A DNA stretch of 38,144 nucleotides, from IMG/VR virus record IMGVR_UViG_3300049201_000010, positions 1 through 38,144 of that record. One strand, given 5' to 3'. This document shows positions 1 to 9,182 of this stretch, one piece after another; the first letter of the stretch is position 1, and every line of letters starts with the position of its first letter. The notes below the pieces were generated by a model. It did not search any database, had not been told where the DNA came from, and worked only from the letters and a program-made list of their open reading frames with translations. The stretch is from a virus. Lineage: Duplodnaviria; Caudoviricetes. Made by a program: the position numbers and the translations under genes.

Positions 1-606
1 CATCGTGAGATTGAACGCGCAAAACTGCAAGCCACCGCCGACGTATTAGGTGCCGCAAGTCAATTGGCTGATGAGGGGACAGCCGCTCAAAAGGTTTTAG
101 CCTTGACATCAATCGGTATTGATACCGCTGAGGCGATTGCAGCCTTGACCGCAGCATCCGAAGCTAACCCCGCCAACGCTTTTACCTTTGGTGCCGCCGG
201 GGTGGCTCAATTTGCCACAGGTATTGTTCGTATCATTACCAATATAGCCGCCGCCAAAGAATACCTTACCGGGTTCGCTCATGGAGGTTATACTGGGGAT
301 GGTGGTAAATACGAACCGGCAGGTATTGTTCACCGTGGGGAATACGTAGCCCCCCAACATATTGTAAGCAGTCCCGCAGCCGCCCCACACATAGCAGCAC
401 TGGAAGGAATGAGAACCAAAGGGTATGCAGACGGTGGATTTGTGGCCAACAAAAACATGGAACTTGGTATACAGTCTCAGATGATGGCTAAAGCTATAGA
501 GAACCTAGGTCCATTTTATGTCTCCTGGACACAGGGCCAAAAGGTAGGTAAACAGGTACAGTGGAAGGAAAAGGTATCCGGAAAACGTAAATTTCAAACT
601 CTATGA
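1..606 (+). CDS. Tail tape measure protein, C-terminal part (5' truncated by window)
   Basis: Frame is open from base 1 ([10 protein letters not shown]...). Ala-rich helical sequence followed by [26 protein letters not shown] and GYADGG, typical of TMP C-termini. Confidence 0.85.
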   Translation, partial: HREIERAKLQATADVLGAASQLADEGTAAQKVLALTSIGIDTAEAIAALTAASEANPANAFTFGAAGVAQFATGIVRIITNIAAAKEYLTGFAHGGYTGDGGKYEPAGIVHRGEYVAPQHIVSSPAAAPHIAALEGMRTKGYADGGFVANKNMELGIQSQMMAKAIENLGPFYVSWTQGQKVGKQVQWKEKVSGKRKFQTL

Positions 607-824
607 GCTTATCAAAGAAGTATGGTATTTCTCAGGAGGTCATTAATAAAATGGTGGTTGATGGGGTGATATCTTGCCTGTACCCACGGAATGAGGAAAT
701 CTGCAATATGTACCGGACCCTGATGGCAAAAGGAAGAAATAAGATGCAGGCATACAGTGAGATTGCGGAAGCCTGTAATATCTCAGAAAGGTCCGTAATG
801 GACATTATTAAGAAGATGTCCTAA
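603..824 (+). CDS. Small HTH DNA-binding protein (possible late regulator)
   Basis: C-terminal [22 protein letters not shown] fits a helix-turn-helix. ATGA overlap with the TMP stop. Confidence 0.6.
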   Translation: MSLSKKYGISQEVINKMVVDGVISCLYPRNEEICNMYRTLMAKGRNKMQAYSEIAEACNISERSVMDIIKKMS

Positions 825-878
825 TTTGAAAAAACTCCTGCAATAAGACAACCGTCCTAAAGATTTAGATTTACTCCC

Positions 879-2021
879 ATGACGGGAGATATTTTCATTT
901 ATGGGGGTATAGGATCAGAAGCGGGAGAAGTCTCATTTAAAAACGTTCAGGCTCAGATTTCCCAAAACAAGGATGCTGAGGAACTGATCATTCATATCAT
1001 TTCGCCAGGTGGGGACGTGTTTGAAGGTTATTCAATCTACAACGCTCTCAAGAACACCGGCAAAAAAATCACGACACATATTGAAGGTACTTGCGCTTCC
1101 ATCGCTACCCTGGTAGCTGGGGCCGGATCATCTATAAGGATGAATCGTACCGCTCAGTTTATGATACACAATCCCCAAGTGCAAAACCTTTCGGGGGTAG
1201 CAGATTCAAAGAAACTTAGGAATGTAGCCGACCAGCTAGACCAAATCAAAACGCTTTTGATTGATGTCTACGACCGTCGTACAGACCTTGGAAAAGAAAA
1301 GCTATGGGAGTTATACGATAACGAAACCTGGCTAACCGCAGATCAAGCGGAAAAAATGGGGTTCATCGATGAATCCGTAGACGCCATCAAGGCCGTAGCC
1401 CGAATCGATTTACAAAAAATTCAAACTGAAATGAAAGAAACAACCCTTGTAAACGGAATTATCACCCGTATTAAAAACCTCCTGAAGTTTAAAAACGAGT
1501 ATACTGAGACTCTGCAGGATGGAACCATCGTGGTGATTATGTCCGAAGACGGAAACTTCACAGGAAAAGGAATCCTGTATGAAGATGGATCCCCCGTACC
1601 CGCAGGAGAACATACTCTTGCGTCAGGAAAGACACTCGTGGTGGATGGAAACTCCACTATCACAGAAGTAAAAGAAGCAGTAGTAGAAAACAATGAAGAA
1701 ATGGAAAAAGACAAAGAAATTGAAAACTTAAAGGCACAGCTCGCCGAGGCGACCGCTCGCGCCGAAAAAGCTGTAGCCGATGCCGCTACTGCTACGAAAG
1801 AAATTGCCACCGCGAAATCTGAAACAACCAAGTTTCAGAACAAAGTGACTGAGATTGAAAAGCAATTTATTGCCCTTCAAACTGAGTTGAAAAAGACCAT
1901 CGGAGATAATACCGAACCTCTAAAGGGTCCGGTGTTTAAGAACACGGAAAACCCGGCGAAAGATTACGACCCTATGGGCGTAGACGCCATGAGAATCTTA
2001 CAAGGACGTAACCGCATCTAA
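879..2021 (+). CDS. ClpP-type prohead protease fused to coiled-coil scaffold
   Basis: IISPGGDVFEG, CASIAT (catalytic Ser), FMIHNP, ETWLTADQA..GFID. C-terminal coiled coil; lies directly before the capsid gene. Confidence 0.92.
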   Translation: MTGDIFIYGGIGSEAGEVSFKNVQAQISQNKDAEELIIHIISPGGDVFEGYSIYNALKNTGKKITTHIEGTCASIATLVAGAGSSIRMNRTAQFMIHNPQVQNLSGVADSKKLRNVADQLDQIKTLLIDVYDRRTDLGKEKLWELYDNETWLTADQAEKMGFIDESVDAIKAVARIDLQKIQTEMKETTLVNGIITRIKNLLKFKNEYTETLQDGTIVVIMSEDGNFTGKGILYEDGSPVPAGEHTLASGKTLVVDGNSTITEVKEAVVENNEEMEKDKEIENLKAQLAEATARAEKAVADAATATKEIATAKSETTKFQNKVTEIEKQFIALQTELKKTIGDNTEPLKGPVFKNTENPAKDYDPMGVDAMRILQGRNRI

Positions 2022-2029
2022 CCATACCC

Positions 2030-3073
2030 ATGACAAAGATCATTAACTCCATGTATACGCCAAACCTGTCGTATACCTACCCTGGAAAGTTGAATACTGA
2101 ACTTATCCAGAAGCCAAAAATTCAGACTCCTGCGCTTTCTGAATTGTTCCGCATTATGCAGGGTATCCGGTGCGGTGAATACATTAACCTCGTTCAACCG
2201 CTTACCAGCGTGCTGACCAAAGGTACGGCTGATTGCGCACCGACGTATACACAGTCAGGATCAATCACCGACAGGAAGATTGAAACAGGCCTTTTCGAAA
2301 TCAATCTGGAATGGTGTAAAAAGGAATTTGCCGCCGTATGTTCTAACCTTTCCGACAGTGACCTGATCGGCGACGGTCTGGATGGATACGAACTCGGAAA
2401 CAGACTCCGCACGCTCATCTTTGATGAAGTTCTTGAGGCTGCACGCCTTGACCTGTTTAAGATCATTTTCCTATCAAACAACTCCCTGGGAACAGGATCA
2501 ACAAACAAGTACAGTGCTATTGACGGTGTATTTACGAAGTTCTTCGACGGTGCCGGTTCATACTGCGTTGAGCCAGTGGACAACACACTGCCTAACCAGC
2601 ACGATTCGGTACTTGCCAGCAACCAAGCACGCGACACCTTCCGCCTGTTGTGGGGTAACTCAAGCAACCTATTGAAGCAGTTGCCTTCTTCTCAGAAGCA
2701 AATATGGGTATCCGGTTCTATGTGGGAAAACTACTACGACTCGATTATCAATGATTGCTGCACAGAAGGATCATGGAAGGCCGGTCAGGATGGACTTGGT
2801 GATCGTCTGTTCTACAGGGGTATCGAGGTATTCCCGTTGTGGGCTATCGACGAGGCTCTACAGAACGAAACTGACAACCCATACTACGATATCATCCGTC
2901 ACTTTGCGGTATACACTGCGAAGAACAACCATCTCGTAGGGGTTGAGCGTGCTTCCGATCTGAACAACCTGGAAATGTGCTACGACTGCCGCACAAAAAC
3001 AACCTTGATACAAGGTGAGATGCGCGTCGGTTACAACTACGCACAGTGTGATTTGATTTCATGGGCTAAATAA
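2030..3073 (+). CDS. Major capsid protein
   Basis: 347 aa, directly after protease/scaffold; sequence pattern compatible with an HK97-fold MCP (IDGVF.KF, YRGI.V). Confidence 0.8.
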   Translation: MTKIINSMYTPNLSYTYPGKLNTELIQKPKIQTPALSELFRIMQGIRCGEYINLVQPLTSVLTKGTADCAPTYTQSGSITDRKIETGLFEINLEWCKKEFAAVCSNLSDSDLIGDGLDGYELGNRLRTLIFDEVLEAARLDLFKIIFLSNNSLGTGSTNKYSAIDGVFTKFFDGAGSYCVEPVDNTLPNQHDSVLASNQARDTFRLLWGNSSNLLKQLPSSQKQIWVSGSMWENYYDSIINDCCTEGSWKAGQDGLGDRLFYRGIEVFPLWAIDEALQNETDNPYYDIIRHFAVYTAKNNHLVGVERASDLNNLEMCYDCRTKTTLIQGEMRVGYNYAQCDLISWAK

Positions 3074-3088
3074 AAAACCCTTAAAAAT

Positions 3089-3643
3089 ATGCCTTTAAAT
3101 TGTAGAGTCGCGGCGGGGATTGACGTTAATTGCGATGATCTCCGCAAACCGGGAGGGCTATTCCGGGAGGCTTGGGTTTTTAACCTTAGCGATCTTAGCG
3201 CACCTTTAGATGTTGATAACGACGGGTATATCACCAATCTACCCCTCACTATTTATCAAACGCTCTATAAGTTCGCAGGAACAAAATATAGCCATGAGGC
3301 CACATGGACGGAGCAAACATCCGACGGTGGTAACAAATCGTATCAACAGTCAGTAACACTCCGATTGTTCAACTCTAACCCTACCGATGACGCAGCCATT
3401 GAGGATCTTGGCGTGGCAGAAGTGGCGGTAATTGTTCGGACTAACTCCGGGGAGTTTCTGATCTATGGAGCAGAAAACGGGCTTACTTCCGACGGGTCAT
3501 CCGGAGGAGCAGGACGCCAGGCTACTGACTCAACCACATCGACAATCGTACTGGTAGGAACCGAAAGATTTTTACCTAAACGCTTGCTTGTGGGGGGTAG
3601 TGCAACTAATACTTTAGCTTACCTGAACGCAGCCACAGCTTAG
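3089..3643 (+). CDS. Major tail (tube) protein or related structural protein
   Basis: 184 aa with N-terminal C..(x)..C...PGG and VIVRTNSGEFLIYGAENGL, a pattern of Bacteroidota siphophage tube proteins. Followed by a terminator. Confidence 0.6.
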   Translation: MPLNCRVAAGIDVNCDDLRKPGGLFREAWVFNLSDLSAPLDVDNDGYITNLPLTIYQTLYKFAGTKYSHEATWTEQTSDGGNKSYQQSVTLRLFNSNPTDDAAIEDLGVAEVAVIVRTNSGEFLIYGAENGLTSDGSSGGAGRQATDSTTSTIVLVGTERFLPKRLLVGGSATNTLAYLNAATA

Positions 3644-3670
3644 TTTTTTCTCTCTTTTTAAGCCATAACG

Positions 3671-3710
3671 AGGCCCATTCATTAATTTTGGATGGGCTTT
3701 TATTGTTTTA
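3671..3710 (+). terminator. Rho-independent terminator
   Basis: Stem AGGCCCATTCA / TGGATGGGCTT (with G-U pairs) followed by TTTATTGTTTT. Confidence 0.75.
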
Positions 3711-3724
3711 TTTAAATATTTTTT

Positions 3725-3732
3725 TAAGTTTG
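3725..3732 (+). promoter_or_regulatory. Bacteroidota sigma-A -7 element TAAGTTTG
   Basis: Exact TAnnTTTG, 4 nt before ATG 3737, just after the terminator. Confidence 0.6.
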
Positions 3733-3736
3733 ATGT

Positions 3737-4111
3737 ATGGACGCCAGAGAACTAAGGGTAGGAATTTATGTCGATTACTTCAGCGAAAATGCTGATCATT
3801 GGTTTAATAGTCGTTGTCTGTCTGAGAACGATATGATCTGTTTACTTTCTGGTAACGGTGATCACGCTGATCCCATCCCCCTATCAGAAGAGTGGCTGGT
3901 GAAGTTTGGGTTTAAGAAGACTGTAGAGGTAACCTGGTCTTTTGGTTACGAGAAAGAATACAACGTTTACAGAAAAGAGGATTTAACATATAATGGTATA
4001 CAAGCAGCGTGGTGGTATAACGGCCTATTGAAAAATCAACCGGAGTTCGTCCATCAGCTACAGAACCTCTATTTCGCTTTAACAGGATCAGAGCTAACTA
4101 TAAAGGAATGA
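3737..4111 (+). CDS. Conserved-type phage hypothetical protein
   Basis: ELRVG...PIPLSEEWLVKFGF...VHQLQNLYFALTG.EL pattern, recalled from Bacteroidota phages; function unknown. Confidence 0.7.
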   Translation: MDARELRVGIYVDYFSENADHWFNSRCLSENDMICLLSGNGDHADPIPLSEEWLVKFGFKKTVEVTWSFGYEKEYNVYRKEDLTYNGIQAAWWYNGLLKNQPEFVHQLQNLYFALTGSELTIKE

Positions 4112-4272
4112 CCAAGCAGGAAATGAAGTCTAAGATAGACGCCAATCCGAAAAACTACCGTGATCCGGTGTGGAATGAATGCTTTCAGCAATACTACAAC
4201 GAAAAGAAATCAAGACTGAAGCACGGGTGTTCTGGATGCTATCGCAAATGTTATGAGTGGTTATCAAAATGA
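4108..4272 (+). CDS. 54-aa CxxC protein (not in ORF track)
   Basis: MTKQEMKSKIDANPKNYRDPVWNECFQQYYNEKKSRLKHGCSGCYRKCYEWLSK. ATGA overlaps at both ends. Confidence 0.75.
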   Translation: MTKQEMKSKIDANPKNYRDPVWNECFQQYYNEKKSRLKHGCSGCYRKCYEWLSK

Positions 4273-4928
4273 CGGAGTTTTACCAGATTTATTACCGTGA
4301 AGAACAGAAAGAAAGCCTTTTTCCTTTTGCTATACCTTATAAAAACGAAGGACTTACCATTTTCTTTGAAAATTCAGTTATTAATTCACTGGTCACGGCT
4401 TCCCGAGCTGATACGATTGCTGTTTGCTCCTGGAAATTGAAGGATAAATTGAAATGGTACGTAGGAAGACCACGACCGTTAACGATGGAGGTACTCGAAA
4501 GTGAATACGACGTGCTTTCATTGACCCGAAATTCGAATTTTCATCAAATGTTTGCCGCTGCCGAGGTATGGCACAAGGGATTTCACTCGATGATGAAGAA
4601 AATAGTGGAAGGGATTGGGAAGAAAATGCCGGGAGAGGTTAAAAAACCCATCTATCAGAACCACTTCAGTGCAAAAAGAGATATTTACCAGCACTACGTG
4701 ATCACGTATCTACTGCCTGCGATGGAATTAATGGTAAACGACCCAGAAGTTTATAAGATGGTGACCGTTGACAGTGGTTACAACAAACTCAACAAGAAAA
4801 ATTCGGCCCCGTCGGAGTATTTGATGAAGCAAATAGGGATGCCATTTTACCCGATGGCGCCGTTTTTACTGGAAAGATTGTTTTCTGTATACGTTCACAA
4901 CAATAGAATTAACGTCACTTATCTATGA
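4269..4928 (+). CDS. Glycosyltransferase-associated protein (DUF4422-like)
   Basis: Start moved to the ATG coupled to the upstream stop. YQNHFSAK and C-terminal PFLLERLFS motifs; first gene of the GT block. Confidence 0.5.
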   Translation: MTEFYQIYYREEQKESLFPFAIPYKNEGLTIFFENSVINSLVTASRADTIAVCSWKLKDKLKWYVGRPRPLTMEVLESEYDVLSLTRNSNFHQMFAAAEVWHKGFHSMMKKIVEGIGKKMPGEVKKPIYQNHFSAKRDIYQHYVITYLLPAMELMVNDPEVYKMVTVDSGYNKLNKKNSAPSEYLMKQIGMPFYPMAPFLLERLFSVYVHNNRINVTYL

Positions 4929-5614
4929 AAATATCATTACTACATCCGAGTCGGGGGAGGCCAAATAAATCCCACTCCACATCACAGGAGTGGGCTTCTA
5001 AAATCGGGGATGAGGTAGAATGGCAATTGATTGTATCCGTAGATGAGTCTGATAAAAGGAGGCTTGATTATCCATTTCACTATTTTCCAGATGAGCCTTC
5101 ATGTAATCCTGTATATCATCCATTTCAAAGCCACGTAACAATACATTTTAATAACAATAATTCTGTTGTAATGGCCACAAACTACGCAGCAGAACAATGT
5201 ACAGGAGACATCTTAGTTTATCTATCCGATGACTTCAAATGTCCCGACAACTGGGGAAACCTAATCATAAAAGAATTTGAGGGTGCCACAGGTCCACGGG
5301 TGTTGAAAGTAGATGACTGCCTACAAAAGTTCGACGTTCCAATACTTACCATTCCGATAATGAATCGGGCCATGTATGAGTTACTCGGTTATTTCTGGAA
5401 TCCAGAATACAAATCCATGTTCGTGGATGAAGATCTTTATTGGACAGCAAGAAAAATTAACGCTGTTAAAATGTGTCCCCACCTAAAGTTCCCACATGAG
5501 CATCCATCCAATGGTAAGGCTGTGACAGACGAAACCTACCAACGTAGTGCGGCCAACTGGAACCAAGGTAAGGCAGTATTTGAACGTAGGAAAAAACAAG
5601 GATTTCCGATATGA
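4925..5614 (+). CDS. GT-A fold glycosyltransferase (GT2-like)
   Basis: ISLLHPSRGRP, VSVDESD, GDILVYLSDDF, SMFVDED. Confidence 0.8.
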   Translation: MKISLLHPSRGRPNKSHSTSQEWASKIGDEVEWQLIVSVDESDKRRLDYPFHYFPDEPSCNPVYHPFQSHVTIHFNNNNSVVMATNYAAEQCTGDILVYLSDDFKCPDNWGNLIIKEFEGATGPRVLKVDDCLQKFDVPILTIPIMNRAMYELLGYFWNPEYKSMFVDEDLYWTARKINAVKMCPHLKFPHEHPSNGKAVTDETYQRSAANWNQGKAVFERRKKQGFPI

Positions 5615-6168
5615 AGTTATCCATACTCATTTGTTCCCTGACTTCCAGATCGTCTCAATTGAAAACGTTACTCAATGGGTTACACTTTCAGTCAGAAGGC
5701 AAGCCAGTAGAGATACTTACTAATGTTGACAATCGACAGAAGACAACAGGACGTAAACGTCAAGAACTTTTAGAGCAAGCCAATGGGGAATACATTGTCT
5801 TTATCGATGATGATGACCACGTACCACATTACTATGTGGATGAAATGTTGAAAGCTGCTGAAAGTGGTGCCGATTGTTTTGCCATCAACGGAACGATGAC
5901 AACTGACGGAAAGAATGAGGTACAATGGTTTATATCCAAAGACTATTCTAATGATGACGTTATTAGAGACGGGAAAGTTATTTATCTAAGGCACACAAAC
6001 CATATAACCGCAGTTCGTCGAGAGATAGCGTTAAAGGCTGGATTCCCGAATAAATCTAACGCTGAGGATAAATGGTATTCCGATAGGTTAGTACTGAAGT
6101 CCGAGTATAAGATTAATCCACCTATGTATTGGTATCGATTCTCACGGTTTAACAAACAGTACAGATGA
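5611..6168 (+). CDS. Glycosyltransferase family 2
   Basis: KLSILICS, GRKRQ.L, GEYIVFIDDDD, AEDK.Y. Confidence 0.88.
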   Translation: MKLSILICSLTSRSSQLKTLLNGLHFQSEGKPVEILTNVDNRQKTTGRKRQELLEQANGEYIVFIDDDDHVPHYYVDEMLKAAESGADCFAINGTMTTDGKNEVQWFISKDYSNDDVIRDGKVIYLRHTNHITAVRREIALKAGFPNKSNAEDKWYSDRLVLKSEYKINPPMYWYRFSRFNKQYR

Positions 6169-6881
6169 GCAAGGACGTCATACTTTCCTTTGCCTCGAAA
6201 GGTCGAGAGGACTATCGCGCAATGCTTTTACGCCTCATAGACTCCTGTATCGATCACTGGAAAGGAGATGTATTAGTTTATTCCCCTGACCACCATTTAC
6301 AGGAATACCGGGGCGTTACTATTCATAAAGGCTACCCTAAACCAAGAGGTGTAAACTCGTACACTCATCAAGAGATGCCGTACCAGTTCAAAACGGCCAT
6401 GATTCAATTGGCCAGAGAGCAAGGATACGAAAGAATTGTGTGGTTGGATTCTTCCATGCAACTCACGAGGGACATTACACCGCTCTTTGAAAAATCACGT
6501 ACCGGAATCATTACTTTCCATAATCTGGGGCACGATACATGGCGGTATTTGTCAGATCGAGCACAAGAAATGTTAGAAGTATCCGACGAAGAACTAAAGA
6601 CCATCCCGCAGATATGGGGCGGAGCCTTTATGCTGGATTTTACCAAGCCTGTGGTCGACGTTTTTTTCTCGTTGCTGAAATTCTATTCGGTCAATGGATC
6701 GTTTGGCAACTCAACCAGTAAGCGTCCTGGATTCATTGCCCATCGACACGACCAGTCTGTTATGAGCGTCCTAGTGCATGGAATTTGTGATATGATGCCG
6801 TACGGAACCATTGTATGTCCTCCCCATCACATTACCAAAGAATACGGTGAAGATTACTATTTACTCTGTAAAGGTTTATGA
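6165..6881 (+). CDS. Putative nucleotide-sugar transferase (GT-A like)
   Basis: YQFK, IVWLDSS, HRHDQSVMS motifs. Confidence 0.65.
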   Translation: MSKDVILSFASKGREDYRAMLLRLIDSCIDHWKGDVLVYSPDHHLQEYRGVTIHKGYPKPRGVNSYTHQEMPYQFKTAMIQLAREQGYERIVWLDSSMQLTRDITPLFEKSRTGIITFHNLGHDTWRYLSDRAQEMLEVSDEELKTIPQIWGGAFMLDFTKPVVDVFFSLLKFYSVNGSFGNSTSKRPGFIAHRHDQSVMSVLVHGICDMMPYGTIVCPPHHITKEYGEDYYLLCKGL

Positions 6882-7486
6882 TTCTACTATCTATATTGAT
6901 GCCGACCCTACCCGAGCGTGCAGATCGTTTCACGAAACTGTACAACGAGGTACATCGACAGATGGAGTATATTCAGACTTTCCACCCAACGATTGGACGG
7001 TGCGAAGTGCTAGTAAACTCTCTGCCCAGGTTCCTAGACGGGGGGCCAAGTATTGGTATGAAGAGACAATCGCTAATCAACAAGGCCGAAGGAAAATATT
7101 TATGTTTTCTAGACGACGACGAGCAGATAGCGCCTCACTATCTGGAAAGCCTCATGAGGCTATGTAGGCAAGGCCCGGATATAGTAACTTTCCGCGCTCT
7201 AGCCTTTATGTCAACGTATTGGGGACTCGTTGATATGAGACTAGCCTACAAACTAAATGATCAATTAAGCCCTGATTACACAGCACGTAGACAACCTTGG
7301 CATATATGTCCTGTTAAAGCTGAATTTGCTAAACTTCACAAATTCAAAGACATCAACAACGCTGAAGATTTCGATTGGATGGAAAGAGTTTTAGGGCAGT
7401 GTACAACGGAGGTCCATACCGATAAGATATTATTCATGTATAATCACGGGGAACATTCAGAAGCAGATAAAATACCATTACCTTAA
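6878..7486 (+). CDS. Glycosyltransferase family 2
   Basis: LSILMPT, IGMKRQ.L, GKYLCFLDDDE, AEDFDW. Looks paralogous to 5611..6168. Confidence 0.88.
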   Translation: MILLSILMPTLPERADRFTKLYNEVHRQMEYIQTFHPTIGRCEVLVNSLPRFLDGGPSIGMKRQSLINKAEGKYLCFLDDDEQIAPHYLESLMRLCRQGPDIVTFRALAFMSTYWGLVDMRLAYKLNDQLSPDYTARRQPWHICPVKAEFAKLHKFKDINNAEDFDWMERVLGQCTTEVHTDKILFMYNHGEHSEADKIPLP

Positions 7487-7492
7487 AAAATT

Positions 7493-8095
7493 ATGTATTC
7501 ACAAAACAGAGAAGAGGAAGTAATATTGAACTACTTCAATGGTTATGTTGGAACCCTTTGCTCATTAGGGGAAAATGACGGAATAACTTTTAGCAACGCC
7601 CGTGCCCTTATTGAACGTGGCTGGAAAGGGGTTCTTATTGAACCGGATCCGGTAGCATTCTCAAAACTTAAAGAACTCTACAAAGGGCATAAAGGTATTT
7701 ACTGTTATGACTATGCGATCAGCGGACACAACGGTAAGGCTATGCTGCAAACCTCTTCCTCTCTTTTAAAGAAAGGTGATATGGGTCTGGTGAGTACATT
7801 CCACGGATCCGAAATGGATAGGTTTAAAAGTGTGGTAACCTATGAGCCGGTAGAGGTTAAAACATTCAAATGGAAAACTGCCATAAATCGCTGGCAGATT
7901 AAGAAGTTTGATTTCATTTCAATGGACATCGAGGGCGATGAGTTAAGCGTACTCCCTGACATTGACCTATCAGAAACAAAACTGGTTTGTATCGAGTTTA
8001 ACGGTAAGCAAGACTTAAAAACAGAGTACGAAAAGTACCTGAACGGATTTAAATTACTCTATACGTCAGGAGAAAACTTAATTTACGGAAGATGA
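7493..8095 (+). CDS. FkbM-family SAM-dependent methyltransferase
   Basis: YSQNREE, LGENDG.TFSN, GWKGVLIEP, FDFISMDIEG.E. Confidence 0.88.
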   Translation: MYSQNREEEVILNYFNGYVGTLCSLGENDGITFSNARALIERGWKGVLIEPDPVAFSKLKELYKGHKGIYCYDYAISGHNGKAMLQTSSSLLKKGDMGLVSTFHGSEMDRFKSVVTYEPVEVKTFKWKTAINRWQIKKFDFISMDIEGDELSVLPDIDLSETKLVCIEFNGKQDLKTEYEKYLNGFKLLYTSGENLIYGR

Positions 8096-8367
8096 TAGAG
8101 TTTATTGCAGCCTTATTTATTGCAGTGTGCTGGATTAGGGGCTTTGAATACACCTTTAATGATGGGGAGATATTCGGGAAGCTGGGGAACTGGATGCGAG
8201 ATAAATTCCCTGAATGGGTAAGTAAGCCTTTGTTTAATTGCCGGTATTGTATGTCTTCTCTACATGGTACGTTGATATTCTGCTTACTGTTGTGGGGCTA
8301 CCCTTGGTACATGTGGGTAGTGTTCTGCTTTTGTACCTGTGGTTTTGTAACAATCACAAGTGAATGA
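8092..8367 (+). CDS. Small membrane protein with CxxC (DUF1360-like)
   Basis: Hydrophobic helices and KPLFNCRYCMS motif. Confidence 0.65.
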   Translation: MIEFIAALFIAVCWIRGFEYTFNDGEIFGKLGNWMRDKFPEWVSKPLFNCRYCMSSLHGTLIFCLLLWGYPWYMWVVFCFCTCGFVTITSE

Positions 8368-9182
8368 GACTCGCCTCCATTATTATTTGTTGGGACGATT
8401 GGGAATTACTTCACCACGCCGCCCACCAAATGAGAAAGTTAGTGGATCAGGTCATAGTGATCTACTCTCACCAGTCAAATACCGGGGAAGTTTCGGTACC
8501 GCCCTCCGGAGCAGTACCCGGTTTTGCACTGGCTTATAGATTTGAGCCTGATCTTAACAAAAGGCCAGCGGATAATGAACGTGCCAAGCGCAATTTTGGG
8601 ATAGATAAAGCTCGAGAACTAGGATTCACCCATTTCATTCTGTCCGATTCCGATGAGTTCTACGACCCCGAAATGTTCCACGTGGAACAGCAAAGGTTCC
8701 ACAACGACCCCACATTGGAAGGATTAGTTTGTGCCTCAAAAGTTTATTTTAGGTACCCGACCTTAACCATTGGGCTAGATACCACGCTCGTTCCCTTCAT
8801 CCACAAACTGACCCCAGACATCAAGCACGTATACAATAGGCGTTACCCCTTCGCTTGGGAGGGAGGAAGCATCCGAATCGACCCGACCCGGCAATTAAAT
8901 ATTACCAGCGGTGTAAAATGGTCACCAATTGTCATGGATCACTATTCATGGGTACGGGTGGACTACCAGAAGAAGATTCGCAATTCAACAGCTAGGGCCA
9001 ATATAGAGCGATCCACCATCTTGAAGGATTTATTGCAAGCAAAACCAGGGTATTTCTGTGAATTTTATGGTAAGGTTTTGAACACGGTTTCAAACCGATA
9101 CAATTTACCGACATACGATGTCCTGGCACTTCAAAATATTCAACCTATTTCGGCAGCCGGCTCCCCGAAATGCGGAAACTAA
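8364..9182 (+). CDS. GT-A fold glycosyltransferase-like protein
   Basis: ERAKRNFG, THFILSDSDEFY (DxD), MDHYSWVR. Overlaps the portal start. Confidence 0.75.
   Translation: MRLASIIICWDDWELLHHAAHQMRKLVDQVIVIYSHQSNTGEVSVPPSGAVPGFALAYRFEPDLNKRPADNERAKRNFGIDKARELGFTHFILSDSDEFYDPEMFHVEQQRFHNDPTLEGLVCASKVYFRYPTLTIGLDTTLVPFIHKLTPDIKHVYNRRYPFAWEGGSIRIDPTRQLNITSGVKWSPIVMDHYSWVRVDYQKKIRNSTARANIERSTILKDLLQAKPGYFCEFYGKVLNTVSNRYNLPTYDVLALQNIQPISAAGSPKCGN
8674..8689. promoter_or_regulatory. parS: parS centromere-like site TGTTCCACGTGGAACA
   Basis: Perfect 16-bp palindrome matching the chromosomal parS consensus; reads MFHVEQ in the host ORF. Confidence 0.8.
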
